DNA of 52,813 nt from a virus (taxonomy: Duplodnaviria > Caudoviricetes). Shown here piece by piece: positions 1 through 9,316 of the stretch. Positions within the stretch are counted from its first letter, which is position 1. The number at the start of each line of letters is the position of its first letter. The stretch is from the IMG/VR virus record IMGVR_UViG_3300034110_000489, positions 1-52,813 of that record. The stretch is one strand, 5' to 3'. A model generated the notes under the pieces. The model was not told where the DNA came from and did not search any database. It worked only from the letters and a program-made list of their open reading frames with translations. The translations under genes and the position numbers were made by a program.

Positions 1-237
1 ATCACGACGGGACCTCGATCCGCTCGATCCTCGATCCGGGACACGTCGCGACGAGGACCTCGATCAGAGCGTCGGCGTCAGTGGCGGGCAGAGCGTCGGC
101 CCGGTCGCGAGTCGTGAGCCATCCGCCGGCCCGGGTCCACACGATCGACGAGGATCCGGGGAACTCGACGGTCACGAGATAACGCGGTTCAGTCATCGGT
201 CGCCTCCGATGCGAGGTCGATCACGAGGGCGACGATC
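1..237. repeat. Terminal direct repeat, left copy (circular assembly overlap)
   Basis: Matches 52577-52813 with 4 mismatches (64, 65, 82, 110); 111-237 (127 bp) is identical. Confidence 0.95.
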
Positions 238-344
238 GCTCGGCGGAGGAGAGCGCTCCGAGGGACGCCGGCACGAGCGGCGGCGACGTTCAGCGCGTTA
301 TGGGTCTCGGGGTCGAGTCGGACGGCGACGACGGGAGAGTTCAT
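189..344 (-). CDS. Ribbon-helix-helix (CopG-like) DNA-binding protein
   Basis: MNSPVVAVRLDPETHNALNVAAARAGVPRSALLRRAI has the RHH pattern; ATGA overlap with upstream ORF. Confidence 0.7.
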   Translation of the reverse strand: MNSPVVAVRLDPETHNALNVAAARAGVPRSALLRRAIVALVIDLASEATDD

Positions 345-700
345 CGCTCGACCTCGTCGGTCGTGATCGAGTCGAGGATCTCCCGGACATACAGGTCGTC
401 GAAGATGTCGGCGAGGTCCGGGTCGAGCGATCGGTGTTCGTTGGTGATGAGATCGGCGAGACGCTCGACATCGAAAGCGGTCGAGGACGGTGTCAGCGAG
501 ACGACGTCGAGGTCGATCGAAGTCCCGACCGGGTAGCGGGTGAGCAACGCGTCGACGATGCCATCTCCGAGAGCGACGAGATCGAGTATGTCGGTCTCCT
601 CGGGGAATGGTCCGACGATCCACGGGTAAGACTCGATGAAAGCGTCGGGGACCTCGATCGAGATCATGATCGAGAGGCGGTCGATTTCGTGATGGTTCAT
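341..700 (-). CDS. Hypothetical acidic protein
   Basis: 119 aa ORF; GAAGGAG and CA-rich leader upstream. Confidence 0.65.
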   Translation of the reverse strand: MNHHEIDRLSIMISIEVPDAFIESYPWIVGPFPEETDILDLVALGDGIVDALLTRYPVGTSIDLDVVSLTPSSTAFDVERLADLITNEHRSLDPDLADIFDDLYVREILDSITTDEVER

Positions 701-778
701 TTCGGTGGTAGTGCTCCTTCGGTGGTGGTGGTGGTGGATCTTAGCGATCGAGGTCGAGTCGGTGTCGGATCTGTCGCG

Positions 779-1030
779 TCATCCGACCGACAGTCCGGAC
801 GGGGTCTCCCGTGCTGTCATTCGTCGGACCTCGTGACCGTCGGCGCTGAGTTGGACTCGACCGATGTATCCGGAGACGCCGGTCGGCCATGTCACCTTTC
901 GGGCCGGTTCGATCCATTCGATGTCGAGGTCGAGAGCGTCGGGGTTCGCGCTGCGGATGCCGGCCTCGGCGCGTCGTCGAAACTGATCGACGCGAGTCGA
1001 CATCGTGTTCTTCTTGGTGGCGGTGTTCAT
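779..1030 (-). CDS. Hypothetical protein (P1 cassette)
   Basis: MNTATKK start, GGAG RBS, ATGA overlap. Confidence 0.6.
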   Translation of the reverse strand: MNTATKKNTMSTRVDQFRRRAEAGIRSANPDALDLDIEWIEPARKVTWPTGVSGYIGRVQLSADGHEVRRMTARETPSGLSVG

Positions 1031-1197
1031 CGTTGTGCTCCAGTGGTGAGGGCGATCTCGTCGTCGAGGTCGGTGATCTGCTGTTCGAGTGATGCGATGC
1101 CGATCGAGGTGAACGCGTCGCGATGGTTGGCGAGTTTGTCGGCGAGGTAGTCGCGCCGGGTGGCGAGTCCGGCGACGATCATCTCGACGGCGCTCAT
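1027..1197 (-). CDS. Hypothetical coiled-coil protein (P1 cassette)
   Basis: MSAVEMIVAG start with ATGA overlap. Confidence 0.6.
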   Translation of the reverse strand: MSAVEMIVAGLATRRDYLADKLANHRDAFTSIGIASLEQQITDLDDEIALTTGAQR

Positions 1198-1481
1198 CGT
1201 GCGACCTCGACGATCGAGTCGGCCCGGAGGATCTGAGCGCGTCCGGCCTTGAAGTAGATCGCGATGAACGGCGCCGGTTGATCGGTCCGCTTCCATGTCG
1301 AGCGGAGACCGCGTCGGTCGACACTCGATCCCATGCCGACGACTCGGAGGACTTCCATCTCGTTCACGATCTCGACGACTCGGCCGGCGCGCATGGCGCC
1401 GAGACTGCCGGCGTTCTGAGCGGTGTATCGGTCGACGACGATGTCTCCGACTGCGATCAGTGCGGCGGTGGTGGTTTTCAT
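1194..1481 (-). CDS. Hypothetical protein, first gene of P1 cassette
   Basis: MKTTT start directly after conserved leader. Confidence 0.7.
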   Translation of the reverse strand: MKTTTAALIAVGDIVVDRYTAQNAGSLGAMRAGRVVEIVNEMEVLRVVGMGSSVDRRGLRSTWKRTDQPAPFIAIYFKAGRAQILRADSIVEVAR

Positions 1482-1530
1482 GATGGCGACCCTTTCGAGG
1501 TGCTAGGTGTCGGCGTCTCCGACAGACGTA

Positions 1531-1559
1531 ACCATACACGACACCTCTACCCCGGTCAA
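1531..1559 (-). promoter_or_regulatory. Conserved sigma70-type promoter P1
   Basis: TTGACC-ggggtagaggtgtcgtg (17 nt)-TATGGT. Confidence 0.85.
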
Positions 1560-1669
1560 GTATGCCGAGAGATCCGCACCGGATAAGGGATCGGGGCGAC
1601 GCGTGCTCGACTCGACGTCGATCGAGGTCGTCGAGTCGGTGTCGTCGAGGGCGCCATCGTTGCGGGTAC

Positions 1670-1698
1670 TTGACGGGGGTAGAGTTATCGTGTAGACT
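1670..1698 (+). promoter_or_regulatory. Conserved promoter P2 (divergent from P1)
   Basis: TTGACG-ggggtagagttatcgtg (17 nt)-TAGACT. Confidence 0.85.
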
Positions 1699-1752
1699 TC
1701 AATCAGTCGAGGGCGGTCCTCGACGCCTAGAGATCCGAGGAGGATCCCCATC

Positions 1753-2010
1753 ATGAATAACACAACGTGGACAGAAATCGAAAAGGGTGCCGAGGTCAAG
1801 GTCGACGGCGTCCCCGGCGCTTTCGTCTTCATCTCGGTCGCGTCGAACGGCGACATCACGGTCTTCGGTGGATCGAAAGATCCCGCCGGCGTTCGGATGT
1901 TCCGGACGTTCCGGTCTGAGCGTGTCCGTCTCTACCGTCCACGCGTCGAGCATCGTCGGTTCCAACCATCGCCGGCGATCCCGCCGACCAACCGAAAGGG
2001 CCGGAGGTGA
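1753..2010 (+). CDS. Hypothetical protein, first gene of P2 cassette
   Basis: MNNTT start, GAGGAGG RBS. Confidence 0.7.
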   Translation: MNNTTWTEIEKGAEVKVDGVPGAFVFISVASNGDITVFGGSKDPAGVRMFRTFRSERVRLYRPRVEHRRFQPSPAIPPTNRKGRR

Positions 2011-2336
2011 GCGCGATGGAAATCGCACTCACGAAGTTTCAGGCGGAGGAGATCGTCGGTCTCCTCTCGGTGATCGACGATCAGAACTCGATCGCTCTCG
2101 ACATGGGATCCGACGACGACTTCATGCCGGTATGGGGAGTCATGGGCGGGACAGCATCGAAGCCGACTCTGATCGTGCTCGACGGTCAGCACCTCCACGC
2201 GATCGCCGACCTCGACTACCGCGCCGAGTACATGATCGAGGAGGGCGACCAGTCCGGACCGTCGATCCTGACGGGTTACTCCGGAGCACGATCGCTTCGA
2301 CTCGTCATCGGGAAGATCGAGGCGGCGAGTCTCTGA
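2007..2336 (+). CDS. Hypothetical protein
   Basis: GTGA overlap; GGAGG upstream of the in-frame ATG. Confidence 0.65.
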   Translation: MSAMEIALTKFQAEEIVGLLSVIDDQNSIALDMGSDDDFMPVWGVMGGTASKPTLIVLDGQHLHAIADLDYRAEYMIEEGDQSGPSILTGYSGARSLRLVIGKIEAASL

Positions 2337-2360
2337 TCGTCGAGGCGCTACGATGACGGA

Positions 2361-2672
2361 ATGAGCGCCGACGGGTGGGGGTGGGAAGTGAACGATCCCG
2401 ACGTGATCGCGAGAGCGACAGCGTCCGACGGTCGCGAGGTGCTGCTCCTCATGGCGCCGGCGGCGGCGCTCGACGGGAGCGACGGTCCCGTCGTCATCCC
2501 CGGGTTCGACTCCGACCGTGTTCACGTTGTGCTGTCCGACGAGTTCATCGAGCGTTACGTCATCGCTGAGGACGACTCGGCCGAGACCGTGCGGGAGAAA
2601 CTCGCGTTGCTGTCCTACGCCGTGCGCGAGTCGCTGTCGCTCGGGATCGACGCTCTCGACGGTCGACTCTGA
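2361..2672 (+). CDS. Hypothetical protein (probably leaderless)
   Basis: TACGAT 6 nt before ATG. Confidence 0.6.
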   Translation: MSADGWGWEVNDPDVIARATASDGREVLLLMAPAAALDGSDGPVVIPGFDSDRVHVVLSDEFIERYVIAEDDSAETVREKLALLSYAVRESLSLGIDALDGRL

Positions 2673-2893
2673 TCTCGGCGCCATCGGATCAGGTTCGCGA
2701 GATTGACGGTCCACCATAGGGGCGCCATCGCTGCGGCGACGTAAGCGTCGGCGAGGATCTGAAGCACGAACCACGGGACCGAGTGTCCGAGGACGATCGC
2801 CCACGCCCACCAGCGACCGGATCCTACTTTCCACTGACCGTACAGACCGATCGCCTCGAACACGAGGAGGATCGTCCACGTCGTCGAGTTCAC
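2615..2893 (-). CDS. Small membrane protein (PnuC-like pattern)
   Basis: Hydrophobic segments, RWWAW motif; GTGA overlap with upstream gene. Confidence 0.5.
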   Translation of the reverse strand: MNSTTWTILLVFEAIGLYGQWKVGSGRWWAWAIVLGHSVPWFVLQILADAYVAAAMAPLWWTVNLANLIRWRRDQSRPSRASIPSDSDSRTA

Positions 2894-3684
2894 GGTCGAG
2901 GTCCTGTCGTGCGGCGCTCGTCTCGTCGACGTTGGATCTCCCCGAACGACTGTCCGCCCATCTGCCGGCGGAGGTGCGGGACGTTGTTCGAGACGATGCC
3001 GATCCGGAGGCTCGGAGCGAGGACGGCGAGTAGGTCGCTCGACTCCTGATCGGTGTAGTCGGCGGCGGAGAGATCGTCGTCGGTGGCGAACACCTCGGCG
3101 TGGCGGTCGACGTCGAGGTCGAGGAGGTGATCCTCTTTCCCTCCGAGGGAGTAGAGCCATCGGAAGTTTGGCGGTGCTTGACCCTCGACGAGTCGACGGA
3201 ACCGGGAGACCTCCTTCGTGTACGCGTAGAACAGGACGTCCGGAGTCACTCGGGCGATCCGGAGCCATGCCTCGACGTATCCGTCGGACAGGAAGTCGCC
3301 GGCGTCATGGATCCGCACGGCGGACCCTCCGGCCTCGGCCCACTCGATCGCCCATTCGTCGGCCGGGTCGATCGTGTCGAGGACGTCGAGGCGGGGATCT
3401 CCGCTCGGTCGGTGTCGAGGGTGAGCGAGTTCGGAGATCATCTCGTCGGACCATCCGTCGAGGTCGTCGAGGATGCGGGCGAGGTTGCGGAGGTGGGCGC
3501 CTCTGACGTTCGAGAAGGCGTATGAGTTGACCCGGGCGTAGCAGAGAGCGAGACATCCGTCAGCGTTGGGGCAGGCGTTCACACGGCGGCCATCGTCGAG
3601 GGTGACGGGGCCGGCGGGGATAGTCCAGTTCCACACTCGGATTCGGCGGAGTTCTGAGTTCTGCCGGAGCAAGGTCGCCGCCAT
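2890..3684 (-). CDS. gp88-like protein (Cys-cluster, radical-SAM-like)
   Basis: ACPNADGCLALCYA, RIHDAGDF, FYAYTK motifs typical of the actinophage gp88 family. Confidence 0.7.
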   Translation of the reverse strand: MAATLLRQNSELRRIRVWNWTIPAGPVTLDDGRRVNACPNADGCLALCYARVNSYAFSNVRGAHLRNLARILDDLDGWSDEMISELAHPRHRPSGDPRLDVLDTIDPADEWAIEWAEAGGSAVRIHDAGDFLSDGYVEAWLRIARVTPDVLFYAYTKEVSRFRRLVEGQAPPNFRWLYSLGGKEDHLLDLDVDRHAEVFATDDDLSAADYTDQESSDLLAVLAPSLRIGIVSNNVPHLRRQMGGQSFGEIQRRRDERRTTGPRP

Positions 3685-3687
3685 CGG

Positions 3688-3885
3688 TCAGAGGAGACGG
3701 ACGACGGGCATACAGGGGTCGTCGCCGTCGTCGAGGGCGGACTCCTCGTCGGCGGTCATCGGTCCGAGATCGTGAGTCGAACAGAACGACGTCGAGCACC
3801 ATCCCCGGGAGAGTCCGTAGTCGAGCCATTGCTCGGCGGTGAGGGTCGGGTCGGTGGTGAGCGGGTTTCCGTGGTGGTCGGTCAT
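3688..3885 (-). CDS. Hypothetical Cys/His protein
   Basis: GWCSTSFCSTHD...DPC; TACGAT 7 nt before ATG. Confidence 0.65.
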   Translation of the reverse strand: MTDHHGNPLTTDPTLTAEQWLDYGLSRGWCSTSFCSTHDLGPMTADEESALDDGDDPCMPVVRLL

Positions 3886-3944
3886 GATCTCGATCGTAGT
3901 CGCCGGCGGTGTTTCATGTGAAACACTCGATCAGAGGCGGCCGG

Positions 3945-4586
3945 TCACACGCGCGCCCATACGGCGAGAGTGTGCCAGTTCTTAGCGGTAACTCTCGGTT
4001 CCTTTATCGGTTGAAATCCGGCGGCCTCGATCTGCGAAAACAGATTCGGAGCGGACACGTTTCTCCACTCTTTACGATTGAGATGGATCTCGGCCGCGAT
4101 GTATTGGACCGTCGGCCACTGAGCAATGCGAGCGAGAATCGCGTACTCGCCGCCTTCGGTATCGCATTTCACGGCCTCGGGCGAGTACTGCTCTAGCATC
4201 GTTTCGACGTTGACAGACGGGACGTCGACATACGATCGACCTCTCATCTCGATCGTAGAATGTCCACCTTTGTTTTTCCCTGAGGAGATGTAGAACCGAG
4301 TCGTCTCCTCGTGATGGTCCACCATCGCCGCCGGGATTATTGTCGCTTCAGGCGCGTTGCGGCGGAGAAGTCTCACGTTGTCCGGCTCCGGCTCGAACGA
4401 CACGACTCGCGACGCTCCAGCGTCGAGCAACGTTCGAGACATCGCTCCGATGTTTGCCCCGACATCCCATACGAAAAGGCCGGCGATTCGGCGGGTGAAA
4501 TCTTTGTAGTTCGCTGTTTCTCCTACGACGTACTGATCGAGAGTATCGGTCCTGACTGTCAATCCACGAAACTCGTATTCGTTCAT
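3945..4586 (-). CDS. FkbM-family SAM-dependent methyltransferase
   Basis: DVGANIG, SFEPEPDN, KCDTEGGE motifs. Confidence 0.88.
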   Translation of the reverse strand: MNEYEFRGLTVRTDTLDQYVVGETANYKDFTRRIAGLFVWDVGANIGAMSRTLLDAGASRVVSFEPEPDNVRLLRRNAPEATIIPAAMVDHHEETTRFYISSGKNKGGHSTIEMRGRSYVDVPSVNVETMLEQYSPEAVKCDTEGGEYAILARIAQWPTVQYIAAEIHLNRKEWRNVSAPNLFSQIEAAGFQPIKEPRVTAKNWHTLAVWARV

Positions 4587-4598
4587 GGTTTCATCCTT

Positions 4599-5231
4599 TC
4601 ATCGAAATCTGCCGAGTCCGCCGAGGTCGAACGCGTTGCTCTTGCCGAGACCGACCGGGACGAAGTCCGGGATGATCCCGTCGGTGCCGGCGATGCCGAG
4701 CGACGAGATCGCCCATACGAGCGCGTCGAGGCGGTCGGGAGACTCTCCGGACGACTGAGTCCACGTCGTGAGTTGATCTTCGAGGACAGCGAAACCGACG
4801 GCGGATCCGACGTGATGAACTCGACCCTGCTCATACAGTGCGGCGATCGGTTCGGCTCGTGTCCGTTTCCCGACTCTCGCGGTCACTCTCGTGACGGGGA
4901 GTCCGGGGCGAACCGTGCGGAGGACCTGAGTCACGAGGTCGCCGCCTTGATTGCCTTCGGCGATGACTCGGTCGGCCTGCCACTGATCGAACGCCTCGAC
5001 CGCTCGACTCGCCCACTGATCCGGAGTCGGTCGGAGTTCCCGAGGGATCGTGGCATCTTCGAGGACGTACGCGTGTCCTGAGCATCGTTCGGTTCGGCAC
5101 GTCTCCGGGACGTGAGGACCGAGAGCGACGACGACGATCCCGGTCTCGTCGGCGGCGTCGCCTGATGTCACGGCCGGATCGACTCCGACGACGACTCTCG
5201 TGAAATCTCCACGGTCGACGGCGATCACCAT
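4599..5231 (-). CDS. Terminase large subunit, nuclease domain
   Basis: VVVGVDPA, EGNQGG, KRTRAEP, SPDRLDALVWA. Confidence 0.9.
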   Translation of the reverse strand: MVIAVDRGDFTRVVVGVDPAVTSGDAADETGIVVVALGPHVPETCRTERCSGHAYVLEDATIPRELRPTPDQWASRAVEAFDQWQADRVIAEGNQGGDLVTQVLRTVRPGLPVTRVTARVGKRTRAEPIAALYEQGRVHHVGSAVGFAVLEDQLTTWTQSSGESPDRLDALVWAISSLGIAGTDGIIPDFVPVGLGKSNAFDLGGLGRFR

Positions 5232-5395
5232 TCCACCTCGGCGGACGTGAGGCGCGCCCGGAGCGCGTCGATCTGATCGGCGGCGTCAGTGAACGACCGT
5301 CCGGACAGCATGACGAGACCGACCTCGGAGGAGTCGGCGAGTTCGGCGAGGAGTCGGAGTTCGGTCACGATGTCGAGATCCCGGTCGGCGGTCAT
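5225..5395 (-). CDS. Small ORF between the two terminase halves
   Basis: 56 aa, overlaps both neighbours (ATGA and ATGGTGA). Confidence 0.55.
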   Translation of the reverse strand: MTADRDLDIVTELRLLAELADSSEVGLVMLSGRSFTDAADQIDALRARLTSAEVEW

Positions 5396-6345
5396 GAGGA
5401 CCATTCCGCTCGGAGTCGGTCGATCTGATCGAGGGACCATAGGGCGCCTTCGACGTCGGTGAGGAGTTCGCCGTACAGTTCTTGGCGGCCGATCCGGGTC
5501 CCTTCATAGGCGGCGAGGACCTGATCTCGGAACGACGGCGCGAGGTTGACAAGGTTCGCGTACGTCGTGTCGGTCGTGGTCGTGGTCGTGTCGCGCTCCA
5601 TGATCTGCCGGATCAGTTTCACGCGTTTCGGTGTCGTCGTGACGAAACACTTCGGGTCGCGACCGATGCGGAGTCCGAGCATGAGATTATTCCACGACGT
5701 GTCGAGCGAGTCGCCTTTCGTCGCGTCGGGCCATGCGGCCATTTCATCGCACCATGCGGCGTCGTGCTGAGGACCTCGTAACTGAGACGGGGCCGCCGCC
5801 GAATAGGTGAACGCCTGCGCGCCGTTCGGCCACACGAGACGCCGTTTCGTTGGCTCGTGCTCCGGTCGAGGATGAGGATCCGAACACGCCATGATTCCCG
5901 AATCGCCGTAGATCATGACGTCGCGCGCGTCTGCCGGTGTGCGGGCGACGAGAGCGATCCGTTTCGCGCCTTTGTTCCACACTTGGTCGAGGACCCATTC
6001 GGCGCCGGCGCGTGTCTTGCCGGTGCCACGGCCGCCGGAGAACAACCATACGAACCAGTCGTTTTCGGGGGGACGTTGAGCGGCGCGCGCGTGTCGACAC
6101 TCCGGGAGATGATCGGTCGAGTCGATCGGATGATCGCACCAGTGAAACCCTTCGTGCGGAGCGCCATCGCATCCCGGCACGGGACAGTAGAACCGACGTC
6201 GAGGCGCGTTCTCGTGGAGATCGAGGATCCGGAGGACCGATCCGATCTCGTCCGGTGAGAGTCGCGCCAGCATCGAGAACCTCTCCTCCCGACTGAACGA
6301 CTCGGGGGAGATGAGGAAATCGTCGAGCGTCGGAGTCGTGCTCAC
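5392..6345 (-). CDS. Terminase large subunit, ATPase domain
   Basis: Walker A GGRGTGKT, LRGPQ, Walker B AWCDE, VTTTP. Confidence 0.92.
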   Translation of the reverse strand: MSTTPTLDDFLISPESFSREERFSMLARLSPDEIGSVLRILDLHENAPRRRFYCPVPGCDGAPHEGFHWCDHPIDSTDHLPECRHARAAQRPPENDWFVWLFSGGRGTGKTRAGAEWVLDQVWNKGAKRIALVARTPADARDVMIYGDSGIMACSDPHPRPEHEPTKRRLVWPNGAQAFTYSAAAPSQLRGPQHDAAWCDEMAAWPDATKGDSLDTSWNNLMLGLRIGRDPKCFVTTTPKRVKLIRQIMERDTTTTTTDTTYANLVNLAPSFRDQVLAAYEGTRIGRQELYGELLTDVEGALWSLDQIDRLRAEWSS

Positions 6346-6809
6346 TGCTCCGGCGTGATGTCGTCGGTTCCGAGTCCGAGGGCAGAGGCGAGTCGTGCTT
6401 CGAGATCGACGAGGTCGACTTCAGTCTTGATCGGTCCGCCTTCGGGGCCGCTGATCTCGGTTCGGTTGATTCGTCCCCATCGCTGCGGATGGGATCGTTC
6501 GAGGTACCACGCCGCGGCCTGCCATGTTCCGTCGTTCGCTGCTTTGTTGATGATGCCGGTGTTCCGTACCTCTGCTTGTGCTCGGGCGGTCTCTACTGCC
6601 TCGCGGAACTCGCGGTAGATGGTCTCCGCTTTGAGCGGTTTCTCGCCGGAGTTGACTCGGTCGCGTTCGATGCGGCCTCGTTCCATCCATCGGTAGTAGG
6701 TGCCTTGATCGATGCCGGCGTATGCGGCGGCGGCTTCTTGGTAGTTGCCGGCGGTGAGGGCGGAGAGAATCTTTTCCTTGACCTCGGGAGTGAGTTTCGT
6801 CTTTGCCAT
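6342..6809 (-). CDS. Terminase small subunit (HTH)
   Basis: N-terminal HTH, WQAAAWYLER, EISGPEGGPI tail; directly upstream of TerL. Confidence 0.8.
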   Translation of the reverse strand: MAKTKLTPEVKEKILSALTAGNYQEAAAAYAGIDQGTYYRWMERGRIERDRVNSGEKPLKAETIYREFREAVETARAQAEVRNTGIINKAANDGTWQAAAWYLERSHPQRWGRINRTEISGPEGGPIKTEVDLVDLEARLASALGLGTDDITPEQ

Positions 6810-6843
6810 GAGGTGATGTTACTCCGGTTGAGTGTCGACGGCG

Positions 6844-7800
6844 TCAGCGTGTGCGGCGTGTAATACTCGCTACGGTCTGATCTGCGACGAGTCGAGCGTC
6901 GTGGTTCTTGAGGAAATGATCGGCGGCGGCGAGGCGGTTGGGTGTTGGTCGAGTCACTGCTTCGACGAGTTCGTCGGAGGTGCTCACGATGTCGGCGTAG
7001 TCGGCTAGTGCTCCGGATGGATTCCATTCGGCGTTGAGGATGAGCGAGGCGCCGGCGTCGGCCGCTTCGAGGAACGTGTATTGGGATCCGCCTCCGTCGC
7101 CCTTGATTACGCTCATGTCGACGACGCGTTCGTAAGTTGCTGCGATACGGACTGCGGCCCATAGGTCGTCGGCGGTGAATCGGCCTTTGTAGTTTTCTTT
7201 CCACTCGGGGTCGATCTCGTCGAGTTTGATCTTCCCGTATAGTCCGTTGAGCGCTCCGTAAATGTCGATCGCCTGCTGTAAGACTAGGTTCGCTGCGACT
7301 ATCAGTTCCGTATGTTTGTCGAAGTCGACTCGGGAGATCGAGACCGCCGAGCGTTTCGGTGCTGTCGGTTCGAGCGCTCGGGCGGCGTAAGGATGCGGTA
7401 TGAACGACGCGTGTGGCAAGTGTTGAAGCATCGACTCACGGATTACGATTACGTTCGCTTCGGGCAACGCGCTGCGTAACGGTTCTTTCATTTCTGTGGG
7501 ATCGTGTACAACGATCGAGGCGCCGGCGTCGATCAGGTCGACGGCGAGTTCGTAGTAGGTCTTATCGACTGCCGTGATGAGGACGTCGGAGGATCGCGCT
7601 GTAGCGATGAGGTCATCTCTGTTCACGTTTTGGTATCGGAGTTTTCGACCGAAAGGACGCGTCATCCGTTCGGTTTTGTTCCCGTGTTTGATGATGTGCG
7701 CGTCGTGTCCAGCGCTCCGTAATCCTCGTAGCAGGTGCGCGGTGTAGGTGGGCCATCCGCCGTACTTGGGTTTTGCTAGGTATGCGAGAAAGGTCGTCAC
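6844..7800 (-). CDS. GT-B fold glycosyltransferase, putative DNA glycosyltransferase
   Basis: YGGW N-terminus, VHDP, ISRVDFDKH, YTFLEAADAG. Confidence 0.75.
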   Translation of the reverse strand: MTTFLAYLAKPKYGGWPTYTAHLLRGLRSAGHDAHIIKHGNKTERMTRPFGRKLRYQNVNRDDLIATARSSDVLITAVDKTYYELAVDLIDAGASIVVHDPTEMKEPLRSALPEANVIVIRESMLQHLPHASFIPHPYAARALEPTAPKRSAVSISRVDFDKHTELIVAANLVLQQAIDIYGALNGLYGKIKLDEIDPEWKENYKGRFTADDLWAAVRIAATYERVVDMSVIKGDGGGSQYTFLEAADAGASLILNAEWNPSGALADYADIVSTSDELVEAVTRPTPNRLAAADHFLKNHDARLVADQTVASITRRTR

Positions 7801-8639
7801 GACAGGAATCCGGTTTCTCGTTGTCGGTCGAGCATCGTGATCGCTGAGTTCGTGCGGGACTGTCGAGCGTCGGCGAGTTCCTCATCCGGTGGGAGGCAGT
7901 GAGCCATCTTCGCTACTGAGTAGTACACGACCGAGTATCGGTATCCGTCCGGGCGGATGTCGATCGGGGTGACGCCGTGGACAATCTCCGGTCCGGGGAA
8001 CATGACGACGGCGCCGTCTCGACATGGGATCACGACGTCGTACTCGGGTAGGTGGAGATGTCCGCCTCGGGTGTTTCGTCGGACGACGACCATCGCCGAC
8101 CATGCGCCTATTCCGTTGTTTCGGTCTCGGTGATACATGAGGGCGGAGGTTTTGTTCACGATGCCGGAGGTCCACGCGGTGTTGCCGAGGCGCCAGTCGG
8201 GGAGGATCTGTTCGGCGGCTCGTGCTGTCGCTTCAGTGCCGGCGGGGACTCGGTCGGACATCATCGCCCATAGCGTCGACGCTGAGTCGCATAGAAACCG
8301 GTGCGCCTCGGGGGCTTCGTACGATGTCGCGCAGACTCGACAGGATCCACGGGCCTGAATGAACGCCGCTCTCGGGAGGAAACCGATCGTGCGCGCCGTG
8401 TTTCGTTGTCCGGAGGTGCGTAGAACGCTCGTGTTCTGAGGGATGTCGAGGACTGCTCGTCGAAACGCTGCGAGAGAGTCCGCCGGGAACGCGTCGAGGG
8501 CGAGGATCGGTTTCCCGGTGTCAGCGTCGACGAGGAGATCGCCGGGGTCGATCGGTGACGGCTTCAGGTCGGGGGCGTCATCGTTGACGAGTGTCGACGC
8601 CTCATCGGGAGACATCACTCGCGAGACGGTGCGGATCAT
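7797..8639 (-). CDS. TET/JBP-like 2OG-Fe(II) dioxygenase
   Basis: TSGIVN, YHRD (HxD), GGHLHLPEY, HGVTPI, RYSVVYY. Confidence 0.82.
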   Translation of the reverse strand: MIRTVSRVMSPDEASTLVNDDAPDLKPSPIDPGDLLVDADTGKPILALDAFPADSLAAFRRAVLDIPQNTSVLRTSGQRNTARTIGFLPRAAFIQARGSCRVCATSYEAPEAHRFLCDSASTLWAMMSDRVPAGTEATARAAEQILPDWRLGNTAWTSGIVNKTSALMYHRDRNNGIGAWSAMVVVRRNTRGGHLHLPEYDVVIPCRDGAVVMFPGPEIVHGVTPIDIRPDGYRYSVVYYSVAKMAHCLPPDEELADARQSRTNSAITMLDRQRETGFLS

Positions 8640-9292
8640 GCGCCGGGAGGATCCTCGGACATCGCTTCGGCGACGAGGTGGAGGAACAGGTCGGCGAACG
8701 ACGCGCATTTCAGTTTCTCACGCGCACGATCGGCGGCGTCGGTGAGCCATGCGAACTGATCGAGTCGGTAGTCGAGGATGATGGAGCGGACCGCCTTGTC
8801 CCGATAGGCGGCGACGTGCTCGTTCAGGTCTTTGTCTTTCGTGACCTTTGATCCGGAGTCGACGGCGTCGCTCATCGTCGGGATCGCTGTTTCCTGAAGG
8901 AGAGCGTTTAGGTCGTCGAGGTCGTCGACGTCGAAGCCGGTGCCGGTCAGCGTGTCGAGGGAGGCGAGGAGATCCACGAGAGCGCGATCGTCATACGTCG
9001 CGAGGTCGCTCGTCCGGTTATCGGCGAGGAGGATTCGTCGAGCGGTCTCTTCGTCGGCGGTGATCGTTGTGACGAGCATCTCGGACCATCCGAGGGAGCG
9101 GGCGGCGGCGAGGCGGTGAGAGCCGGCGAGAACGGTCCCGTCGGGGAGAGCGACGATCGGGGCGTACTGTCCCGTCGTGCTGAGGCTCTCGGCGATTTCT
9201 TGGACGTTGCCTCGGCGGGGGTTGTCCGGGTGCGGGTGGAGATCGTCGAGGGATCTCATCTCGGTGATCGGGTTCAGGTCAGTGGTGGGCAT
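8636..9292 (-). CDS. ParB/Srx-like domain protein
   Basis: LHPHPDNPRRG, GQYAPIV, LAGSHR, LADNRT. Confidence 0.85.
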   Translation of the reverse strand: MPTTDLNPITEMRSLDDLHPHPDNPRRGNVQEIAESLSTTGQYAPIVALPDGTVLAGSHRLAAARSLGWSEMLVTTITADEETARRILLADNRTSDLATYDDRALVDLLASLDTLTGTGFDVDDLDDLNALLQETAIPTMSDAVDSGSKVTKDKDLNEHVAAYRDKAVRSIILDYRLDQFAWLTDAADRAREKLKCASFADLFLHLVAEAMSEDPPGA

Positions 9293-9316
9293 GACCGGAG
9301 TGTAGCGCCGTCGAGG

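Noticed and set aside
5225-5395. Intron or intein in terminase
   Set aside because: Only about 170 bp, no intein termini or recognisable intron core, and removal between the repeats does not restore the frame
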